Below are positions 1 to 9,711 of a DNA stretch of 64,000 nt, one piece after another (the first letter of the stretch is position 1; the number at the start of each line of letters is the position of its first letter). The notes under the pieces were generated by a model. It saw only the letters and a program-made list of their open reading frames with translations. It searched no databases and had not been told where the DNA came from. Both the position numbers and the translations under genes were made by a program. This DNA comes from Phoronis australis (Eukaryota; Animalia; Phoronida). The stretch is from the NCBI GenBank assembly GCA_002633005.1, contig NMRA01000224.1, positions 528,281 through 592,280 on the forward strand, read 5' to 3'.

Positions 1-2516
1 GGGCATTTGCAAAGGCCAGGACGTTTTAAAATAAAAACGTTTCGTAAACACGCAAGTTGATGTCAGGCGTGCATGTTCAATGTCACAGTCGGGAGTCGAA
101 CAGCACGGCCTATTTAAACCAGAGCACATGTTACGCTACAACGAAAAGTTGCAGCCTTCGGTGTATTTCCTATTTGTATTTTCATCAGAAATTTTCGTTA
201 TGCCGAACTCGGGTGATTCTTTTCATAGCTTTAGCGCCAAACACAAGCTAAACTCAAGACAATCGAGTAACGGTCGTGACATCGTCAAGACAAGGTAAAA
301 ATTACAAACCCGTTGTACCGATTCTCGGACTCAAGCCTTATACAGTAGTAATCATCAGTTGAACGCTTTAGTGACACGAAAATAGCGTCGATCCCAAATT
401 ACCGTTTCTAAAATTTTCCTTGTCCGAAAGTCGCGGGACAAAATTCCGATGTTTATGACAATGTTCGAAATTCGAGAATCTTTGAAAAACAGTTTTTGGA
501 CCTTGTACGAATTTCGTGGACTATGAAAAACTCATTTCGGAAATATTTATTCTTGGTCGAAAATGGCGGGCCGTCCGAAAATCACGCGACTTTACCGTAC
601 ATGTACGTGTTTTGACTTGTGTTGCAACGCTTAAAGTATATTTTCTAGTCTTGAACCCAAATTCTATTATCTTTATGTTGTCGATCTCAAAAACCTGGAC
701 GCGGTATCTAAGTATCGAAATTGAGCTCGAGAATATGATCGACATTTTCCATTCTCCTTTAGCACAATTATTTATTTTTTGTGCTTGACTAATTACACAA
801 ACCACTGTGCAGTCTTAGAGTTTGATCTCAACTCGAAATTAATTTTCGAATAAAAAATCACATTTCATCTAAAAACGGCATGCCGGCAATGGCTTAGTTT
901 CATTTGGCATGTCTGGAGGAAAGAAAACGCCGTCCCCTCCCATCGGTACACGATTTCAGTGACCAGGCGCGGGAATAATAGTGTCCACGCCTGTAGGCTG
1001 GTAAGGATAACTGCGGCTCGAGGTATTCCACTTCGTCCGTCTCTAGCCGCCGGTCTCTACCAAGTACTTAGTTTTCTTCTGAGACGACTAACTTGGATTT
1101 TAAAAATTAAAAAACGGGTGGGGTCAGCTTCAGCTGACGTAGGAAGTGAGTAATGCAGCCCAGTCCCGCGCTGAGACAGTCTCGGGTTTATGTATTGGCT
1201 GTAACTTTGCTGGGTAAACTAGTATCACGTACCCCAAACGTTCACTGCTGTGCGTAAAAGACGGCCTTTGACCAAACCAGATGTTACATGTCTCGAAGAG
1301 GACACCATAATGAAATAAATATAACCAGTATATACATGTAGCTCATTTGTGGCCACTCTGGCCTCGGGAAAAGACTTGGTGGTGGACTTTTGGATCGAAA
1401 ATGCATTATTTCTTGGGAGGATAGTTTCTCGAGGTTTTTAGCTTTGGTCAGAATTATGGAATCGGAAAGCCCGTTTTAGTGAAGTGTGTTTTTGTGGTTT
1501 ATTAGAACTCGTCGGTTCTCGACATTGTCTTGCAGTAATAATTACAACTGAGCTCGAAGCTGGTGACATTATGCGCATAAGTACTCTACTGCTATTTGTC
1601 ATGTTGGCTTAGCCCTGTTAGATAAACGCCAGACTGAAGGCAGTGGATTCGAAATCTCTTTGAAATCGATCGCCAGTACGTACACAATGTTGTCGCCGAC
1701 TATGCCTCTTGAATCTCCTGGGTTGCCGCCATTTTTACCGATGCCGGCACATTTCGTTCCCAATCCGGTCTTCGCAAGTTGCTTTAGTTTGGCGTACGTC
1801 ATCGACTCTGCAGCTCCCTTCCCCCATTGCGAACTAATATTAATTATTATCCACCGCTTTTAAGACTCTCCTCAAGGTATCTCCTTTGCAATTTTGATCA
1901 CCCTCACCCTTGCGCCAGTGGTACTCTCCGTTCCGCATCGAAGTCTTGCAAAAAACTCCCCTCCTATTCCCACTTGTGGCAACATAAGTGTTACAGCTAG
2001 GTATACCCATTGAATTGAAGATAAATTGGTGATTTTCGGCACATCACTGTCATCATGGTCACTGTGACTGTGGCCGCTTGGACATCGACTTCAGAGTTCA
2101 GTTTTATCACACCTACATGTAACTACTTTGGAAACAAGTCAGATGTACTGTTCCCTGGTTTAGAGAATGACGCTATCAATATGTTATAACAACTTCAGTG
2201 CAGGTTCACTAGTTATACCTCACGGAATTAGGCTGTTAGTGTTAGCCAGATGGAACACGGTCAGTGAAAGCAAATTTCTAGACTTGACCAGGCGAATACA
2301 TAATGTTGTTGGTCACTTTATACTATTGAAATGGGAAACGAACGACAGAACAAGGACATGGTCGAAAAAAGTTGATGAATGTAACAACTGAATAACATTC
2401 CTATTATTCTGTGGATTAGATAGTGACCACCGTCTCTAACTGGCCCCAGTAGAGACATTGAAGCGCCTCTGAGAGTTTCATACATTGATAGATTTTTGGT
2501 GACTTTTCCCTGACAC

Positions 2517-3032
2517 TATGGTGGGCCGTTGAGGGGAAAGTGTCGCCGTACAATTACGCTCGTAAATTAAATGGGGAAAAGTTTCGCCGTAAAATTATGC
2601 TCGTAGGCGAGCGTAAATTAAATTGCAAAAGTGTTGCAGTAAAATTACGCTCGTAAATTAAATGGGAGAAATGTCGCCGTAATTTACGCTCGTAAAATAC
2701 CTTAAGAACGTTTCAAATTTAAACCAATCAGTGTTGACCTAGCATACACAACTGTTGCAGCAGCGATTTGATCCGCCATGATTCAGCGCTCGTATCGTAG
2801 ACATGTAACCCGTCAGTAAATAAGTATTTCCATGAGCACGCGCGACCGTGGGTTGTAAAACCCAACGTCATTGGCTAAGAGTTTAAACTAAATTACGTGC
2901 GTAATTTTACGCCGTAAAGAATTAAATTACGCTTGTAATTTACGGCGTAATTAACGGCGTAAATAACGGCGTAATGTACTTAATTACGCTCGTATTTTTC
3001 CGGCGACACTTTCCCCCCAACGGCCCATCATA
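2517..3032. mobile_element. MITE with 6-bp TSD
   Basis: TIR TATGGTGGGCCGTTGAGGGGAAAGTGTCGCCG / CGGCGACACTTTCCCCCCAACGGCCCATCATA; TGACAC on both flanks; internal AATTACGCTCGTA repeats. Confidence 0.85.
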
Positions 3033-4820
3033 TGACACTGATTTAAACATCAGTCATGTTTAAGTACCTCTTGCTCATAGAGGGACACCTTAGGTACCCA
3101 TTGATGTCTTTATTTTGGTCCAACTCAAACAAATACTCCTGTAATGTAACTTTTTCTACGATCAGTCCGTTCTGTTGTCCAAATCGTCAACTGGCCAGTT
3201 TTACACTGCCCGCCCACCTATTCTTACCGCGCCCGCCAGTGTGAGGCATAATTCGCCTTAAATCTTCGGCGTATGTTACTATTAGTGGATGAAACTTGTT
3301 ATCCATGTCAGGGACCATTATATCCGAGCAGAGTCATATTTTGTAATTCTGTAACTATAGAATTTCTGCAAAAGGTTAATTAAACATATTTCCCATCTGC
3401 AGTACTAAAATTGATCAGCTTGATTAAAATTTTACAGAAGTAAGTCAACTCACTAGGAGGCACATCAGTCATGCTAGTAAAAATTGAAAGCCTTTGCTAT
3501 TTACGCATATTTAATTTCAGATGGTGAGCTGTAATACTTCACTGAAAAAGGCAAGGTCAAAGACATGCATTTTGTGTGGAAAACTCTTATACTCTGACTC
3601 TCACGCACACAATGTTAAAAAAGCTGCATTAAAGCAGAGGTACTTGGATTTTTTTATCTCGTCTACATTCAATTCAACAATGATTTGCTGGACACTAGGC
3701 CTGTGTTCATGTGCATCTCATGCATTCCGTTTTGTTCAAAACGCACACAGCTGCAAAAATCCGCAAGAATGGATGTCAGCATTCTCATTGCTCAGTCTGA
3801 AGATCGACAGAAACATGTTCTAATTGTGAAAGAAGTGGAAAATCGTCCACATGGGTTACCACTTCTGTGTGTCATTCACCTCATATTGCTGTGACTAACA
3901 ATGACTTATCTGTAGCCGTAATGTATGTGATACGTGTAGATGTTTGCCAAAAAGCCTCAACTCTGCCGTATAGAGGCTATTGTCTGCTGCGTGTATTCGT
4001 CATCATGCTGGCAATGGTGTATGTTTGACCATTTTTCAGGTGGCTCACATCCATAGCTTATAATTGTTTTTAAGATATATTTTTAGCAAATGTGACATAG
4101 TTGATGATAGCAATTAGATCGGTGATATAGAGCATTAAAAATTCTTCAGATTGAGACAGCCTCCTAAATCCAGAACACAGAAATCATGGCAGAAATTTAA
4201 TTTTTTCATCCTGAAGTTTGAGGCGTGAGTGATTTGTATATTTTCTTACTTTTCAAATTCCTAACGCTATGTTGTAGCACAACAGGTTGCAAGAATACTC
4301 TTGTAAGTTCATAAAAAGTGACTCTCATGACAAACATTTAATAAATTGTTACCATTCCCATTGAATTTCTGACAGACAATTGTGTGAATTTATGAAAATT
4401 GGGACAAGCTCCAACTTTGATCAAAATAATTATTCACTGTCCCAAACTAGAGAACTTTTGCGTAATCAATTTTTGAAATTCAATGTGTAGTTAACTGTAA
4501 AACTGATGAATGACTGTTCTTGTTTATAAGAGGATAAGCTTTAAGAAAAAAGGTTGTAAAAATATGACAATTTATTGTTTAGTTTTTGATCTTTAATGGT
4601 GGTGTGGTAGTTTACACCAGTTTTAAAAATGTCAATGATGAAAGGTAGAAATCATAAATGACAAGAGATTACAATAGTCCATTTCAGTTAATGACTCTGA
4701 AGCAGATAATAGTGGCAGTACCCGTGTGGTTAAAGATTCATGACATAATGCTATCGACTTAAAAATCTTGAGGGACTTTCTGATATGTAACCTATGAGTG
4801 TTTTTTTTCACAAGAAATGA

Positions 4821-4851
<31 letters not shown>

Positions 4852-4862
4852 GTGTGTGTGTG
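4821..4862. repeat. (TG)n microsatellite
   Basis: Direct reading. Confidence 0.95.
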
Positions 4863-5359
4863 TTGTTAAAATCAGTTGCATAGTGAGTTAGCCACTGAAT
4901 GATCTCAGTGCTTAATATGCTTAAGGGGGTTTTGATCAAAGACTAATATTTTTTTACACTGATTCATACCAAGGAAACTTGTGCCATGTGATAAAATGTT
5001 ATTGTTTACATATGTTTTGGAAGAAATAAATGGTTTAACGAGATAATGAAACATTTAAAATGTCATAGATTTTGGATTTCCTATATATAGTTAAAGGCGA
5101 AGGCAACCCTTTTCCATGTCATTTTGAGCTAAAATAAGGTTGTTTGATTATCCTAGACATATTTTCCACTTAATTACAGCTTTTCGTAATTTTATTAATT
5201 ACTCGTGCTCTACTCCGGAAGTGACGTTTTAGGAGGCAAGCATTTCGCGCCAATTTCTTTTCATATAGTCTGACTGTGAGAGCTGCCGAGTCAGTCATTG
5301 TTCTACCTCGGTTGTGTTAAGTTCCGTCGTCGTTTGCTTTCATTTACTAGTCAGTCAAC

Positions 5360-6367
5360 ATGCCACACTGCTGCTGTGTACCGGGATGTACTAATTATCG
5401 GCTCACGCGTGCTTTGGGAGTACCTTTGCATCGCTTTCCGATGGATGACACACTTCGCCGTACTTGGCTCGTTCGTGTGAAAAAGGCAACGTTACCCGTC
5501 CACGCAACGTACAAAGCAGTGGAGAATTACCGTGTGTGTGGCAAGCACTTTCTACCGTACGATTACGAAAGGGATTTGTACGCTGAACTGATGAAGGTCC
5601 CTGCGAAACAACGTCTGAAGAAGGATGGCATTCCGTCTGAGCTGATTCCCGGCAGTGCCCCGTCGCCACCCCCGAGAAGTGCGTTTTTGAAGCGAGAAGC
5701 CTCGCGAGCTGTGGCCAGTACAGTGACTGGAGCCAGTGGAGGCACTTCATCTGCTGTCACCCGTGCCTCCGAACGTACCCCAGAGCGTGGAATTCCTGGA
5801 ACCAGTAGTGATTCGCCCTGTGCTGTTTTCCCCAGCCCAGAGCCTCTAAGTAGCCCTGCAGCGATATTGAGTAGTGGGAGTGATTACAGGCTCAGTTCGA
5901 CACCCAGTGAAGAGGACAGTTCGTCGTCCAGTGAACAGATCGGTGAGCCAAACTTTGATAAGTTTATTGTGGACTTGTCTAAAGTGTTGGAGCTATTTAG
6001 AAGGTGCCAGGTGTGTGGCGAGGGAGTCACACGACACGGTGTAAGCAGTTTGGGTGCTCAGGTCACCATCCAGTGGGAGTGTGTCGCGGGACACTCTGGC
6101 AAGTGGGACAGTTGTTCCTCTGTCCGTGGTATGCCGGAGGTCCACTTAACCATGTCCAGTAGTGGCTTGGCCTCGTCGAACTCTGAACAGCACAAGCATT
6201 CCATTGAGGTAGGCATAACAACGCACACAGTGCATTTGCACCAAGATGTGTCACCACGTCTGTCCTCAGTAGCCGCCTCGTTTCTCTCAACAGCTGCCTG
6301 TGCCTGTGCGTACTCTGCCTCGTTATACTCGGGCTCAAACATGTACCCACCCACTGAATGTCCGTGA
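5360..6367 (+). CDS. THAP zinc-finger protein: N-terminal part of a Kolobok transposase with the DDE domain deleted; C-terminal ~70 aa are antisense KolX read-through
   Basis: MPHCCCVPGC...LHRFP...W...YRVCGKHF...RLKKDGIPS (THAP), Ser-rich linker, then FIV..L.ELF..CQVC...WECVAGHSGKW.S...MP zinc-ribbon segment. Confidence 0.85.
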   Translation: MPHCCCVPGCTNYRLTRALGVPLHRFPMDDTLRRTWLVRVKKATLPVHATYKAVENYRVCGKHFLPYDYERDLYAELMKVPAKQRLKKDGIPSELIPGSAPSPPPRSAFLKREASRAVASTVTGASGGTSSAVTRASERTPERGIPGTSSDSPCAVFPSPEPLSSPAAILSSGSDYRLSSTPSEEDSSSSSEQIGEPNFDKFIVDLSKVLELFRRCQVCGEGVTRHGVSSLGAQVTIQWECVAGHSGKWDSCSSVRGMPEVHLTMSSSGLASSNSEQHKHSIEVGITTHTVHLHQDVSPRLSSVAASFLSTAACACAYSASLYSGSNMYPPTECP

Positions 6368-6453
6368 AAAAATTCCTCGTCACCACTGCTGTGAACAAGG
6401 TCTCCGTCACTCACACTACTGTCACTGTGATACGGGTCACCGACTCCAGCCAT
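6058..6453 (-). CDS. Truncated KolX-like / P2X7 ballast-like Cys-cluster protein
   Basis: aaaATGGC start, acidic N-terminus, YMFEPEY, WCKCTVCVVMPTSMECLCCSE; similarity ends near 6155 at the deletion junction. Confidence 0.75.
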   Translation of the reverse strand: MAGVGDPYHSDSSVSDGDLVHSSGDEEFFHGHSVGGYMFEPEYNEAEYAQAQAAVERNEAATEDRRGDTSWCKCTVCVVMPTSMECLCCSEFDEAKPLLDMVKWTSGIPRTEEQLSHLPECPATHSHWMVT

Positions 6454-7367
6454 TTTCAGCTTACAACACACTAAACAATCCCTAAATCCAACGTAGTTGA
6501 GTTCTCTACTAACCTATCTTGCCGCAGAATACTCGCCGATGGAAAGTGGTGGCGACAATTGTTGAAAAACAGCACAAAACAAAAGTAGAATAGAACAGAT
6601 TCGCACGGTAAAGTCAACGCAAAACCAAGTGGCGGGAAACGCTTGCCTCCTAAAACGTCACTTCCGGAGTAGCGGACGAGTAATTTATAAAATTACGAAA
6701 AGCTGTAATTAAGTGGAAAATACGTCTAGGATAACCAACCAACCTTATTTTAGCTCAAAATGACATGGAAAAGGGTTGCCTTCGCCTTTTAGATTAAGAA
6801 TGCATGCCTACATGATGTTCTCTTCACATTTGTTGCTTTGATAACACTATCACTGATGGTGTTACTCTATCAAAAATCAAAAATTAAAGGGCAATTTCGA
6901 CAGTAAAATCACCCATGAAAATCTTGTTTTAATGATGTGGATTTTTGACTCTGTCCCAATTTTTGTACTTCAGCGTGACTTAAAAGGGCTGCTGGGTTCC
7001 TTGTTAATTCCAGGTTGTCGTGTCTCTTGGGAGGACTTTTTATTTAGTGCATCTGCATTGAATAAAATTGTTATTGATTATTTTTGGCAGCTTTCCCAGA
7101 TTTCCGTAAAACTTCCAGGCTCAGATTACGAAATTCTAGGTATTAGAAAAGGCATAAAAGTTGGTGCTGTGAAGCATTAAACTCTCCATTCTAGCACGTG
7201 TCCTTCGTTGATTGTACCACAATTGCCACGTTGTTAGCTAATTCCTTGTTTTGGAAGCTAATTCCTTGTTTTGCAAGCGTTTCACACCATCACTTGTTGA
7301 TGCCAGCGCCTCGGGGTTAGCATACACTACATGATAATTTCCTTTAATTATATCACCAATTGGAACA

Positions 7368-7674
7368 CTAAGGCGGATTTAGGGGGGGGGGGGCAGGGGC
7401 TGCCGCAAGAAATATGAAACAGCAACAGCGCGACGCGTGAGGAAATATAACTAGGACCGGTACTGGAGAAGGAGGGGGGGACTCAGATCGTGGCGGGCTC
7501 TCGTTCCCATTTATTTATTTTTAAAATTTTTCTAGTCGATAGATTTCCCGAACAGAAGCTTCATACTCCGGGCCCCCGCAACTTTCGGGACGCCTGTACA
7601 CATGCAACCAGGCTCCGCCCAATTCCCCGAGGCAACATGTTGGGGCCCCCCTTCTGGTCCGTGATCCGCCACTG
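7368..7674. mobile_element. hAT-like MITE, 5-bp TSD GAACA
   Basis: CTAAGGCGGATTTAG ... GATCCGCCACTG; GAACA on both sides. Confidence 0.75.
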
Positions 7675-7777
7675 GAACAGTACAGTACAAAACGTGTCAC
7701 CACTAGTTTCTTCATCATCAGTATCAACATCACTAATGTCTCACAAAAAGTGTTGCTGTTCTGGTACAGTAATTAGT

Positions 7778-7962
7778 CATAGGCAGATTTGGGGGTCCCT
7801 GGAGCGCGGCGGAATCAGATTGCCGTTTTTTTTGGGGGGGACACCAAGTCACCATCGCCGGCCCCCACAACTTTCGGGGCGGCTGTGCATACAATCGCGC
7901 TTTGCCCAATTCTCCGAGGCACCATGTTGGGCCCCCCTTATGGTATCCTAGGTCCGTCACTG
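7778..7962. mobile_element. hAT-like MITE, 5-bp TSD TTAGT
   Basis: CATAGGCAGATTTGG ... CTAGGTCCGTCACTG; related partial inverted copy at ~51700-51800. Confidence 0.8.
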
Positions 7963-8540
7963 TTAGTGCACGGCAAATATCTACTAAAGTTTGATGAACT
8001 ACAGGGCTAATAAGTAAACAAATTGCAGTTCAGTGTGGGAACGTCAAAAGCGCAATTAGTTGACCTGTCAACTGTGCTTCTTCTGCTAGTTTTATTTTAA
8101 TCGCACAGTGAACCTTTTATGTTCACGTAGTGATAACTAAACTAATTCCCCGAGTATGCATGACAAGGGATATAAGTCTTTATTTTGATACATTAACGAG
8201 TCGACAAATACGGATTTTCTCATCTACAAGGATTATAATTACCATTTTTAAGAACTTAGTCCTAACTGCTACAAAACTCATTCAAATTACAACAATGACG
8301 AAACGTTTTTCTGCGATTTATTTGGCGCGGATATGAACCGATATGATCTCGCGAGATCCAGCCTCATCACCCGTTTTTGCGGTATTTTGTAAATTAATGT
8401 GATGTGCCATATGTGAAAGACTAGTCGCCAACCGCCTAGAGCGACGTCTTTCGTTAAAAATGGAAAGCACAGGGTTTTGCTAATGTCATGATAAACAATA
8501 GATGGCGCGTGGTCTCGCGCACTGAATCGTGTCAGTGATG

Positions 8541-9421
8541 GATAAATATAGATTATTACATGGCAAAGTCGTTATCCCCCGTTATCTAGAGCCCGAGTGG
8601 ATTTTGGAGAGTTATCGCCCGAGGGGCGTTAGCCCCGAGGGTGATAATTCTCCAAAAATCCACGAGGGCTCTAGATAAGGGGGATAACGGCTGAGAACAT
8701 GTAATAATCTATTTATACCACATACTAAACGAGAAACATTGCAATGAATCGATTTACCTTTTCTGACTCTCCACGGCTTCGTAACTACTTTCTATGTCAG
8801 AGGCCCGGGGTCGGAGGTCGTGACCTTTTAAGAAAAGCCGGGCTATTTTTGTCAAATAATGATTTTACTCAAAACCAATTGAAAACTTAAATATAATAGA
8901 AATAAACTGAATTTATAAATTAAGGTTTACCAACTATTATAGCTTAAAACACGTTTTTTTCACGCTAAGCTTCGACCGGGAAATTATCGTCTGCTAAAGT
9001 AGGTTACCACTGGTAACTGAATATAATTCTCAAGCCAAAGATCCTGACGACACGATACCCGCATTCAAACTGGAGATCGGTGATTTACAAGTAAGTGGAC
9101 ATGAGAGAAAAATTTCACTGAATTAAGATATCATTTTTATGGAAATTATGTGTCTTATTTTTCGTAGCGTATAAGTACAGTACAATGCGGTTTGTTGAAC
9201 GTGCGATTATTGCGCGTGCTCATTTAAGTATTCTATTTTCACTCTTGATGACGTCAGCCGCTGCGTGGTGTAGTGGTTAAGGTCGGCGACCAGCAAACTC
9301 AAGGTCCCGGGTTCGACTCCGTCCTCGGTTTCCCGCCAAATCGTTATCTCACTAGTGAGATAACTTTATGGGTTATTACACGGTTATATCTGCCATTTGA
9401 CACTAACATTGTGGTATAATA
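8541..9421. mobile_element. Foldback non-autonomous element (possibly Crypton-like) with a large hairpin and tRNA-like insert
   Basis: ~175-bp imperfect palindrome 8542-8717; TTATACCACA (~8713) and TGTGGTATAA (~9410) are inverted; superfamily is a guess. Confidence 0.5.
9259..9330 (+). repeat. Degenerate tRNA-derived sequence (SINE head / pseudo-tRNA)
   Basis: A-box TGGTGTAGTGG, B-box GGTTCGACTCC; acceptor and T stems do not pair well. Confidence 0.6.
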
Positions 9422-9474
9422 ATATAGACGTGTAAATCGTTTGCCCAAAGCTCGTTGCATGATTTATTCACCCG

Positions 9475-9481
9475 TATAAAA
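9475..9481 (+). promoter_or_regulatory. Candidate TATA box of the CBR-like gene
   Basis: TATAAAA ~75 nt upstream of ATG 9553; TGACGTCA (CRE) at 9249-9256. Confidence 0.4.
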
Positions 9482-9552
9482 CGTTCAACAGGCGAGGAGA
9501 TACAGTGCTCCCAGTACACGACACGTGTGTTCGACTGAAGCTTTCACGTGCC

Positions 9553-9711
9553 ATGTTTACCGAAAGAGAAAGCTGTTCCAGATCGAACATCGCATTTGCT
9601 TTCGCCGCAATATTCTTCGGATTGCTCATAGCGCTCGGCTGCAATGTCTGGGTTCAGCCGAGATTCGATGCAACAGAGCACAAAGTAGATAAGGTTTCCA
9701 GAGTCGCTTTG
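9553..9711 (+). CDS. CBR-like exon 1 (MFTERES...IAFAFAAIFFGLLIALGCNVWV...SRVAL), includes TM segment
   Basis: gccATG start; donor TTG|GTAAGA; SRVAL joins in phase 0 to VTGANRGIG. Confidence 0.85.

Larger units (their letters stand above)
5095..6787 (+). mobile_element. Internally deleted Kolobok-type DNA transposon
   Basis: TIRs 5095-5252 and 6630-6787 (~158 bp, ~8 mismatches by eye), AG..CT termini, flanks TTAA / TTTA; convergent THAP-transposase and KolX-like ORFs. Confidence 0.85.

Noticed and set aside
1599-2010. Short - strand ORFs (MTYAKLKQ..., MGIPSCNT...)
   Set aside because: No domain similarity or splice support
7490-7951. 153-aa ORF
   Set aside because: Spans two GC-rich MITEs; no recognisable domain
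9259-9330. Functional tRNA gene
   Set aside because: A/B boxes present but acceptor and T stems do not pair; treated as a tRNA-derived repeat
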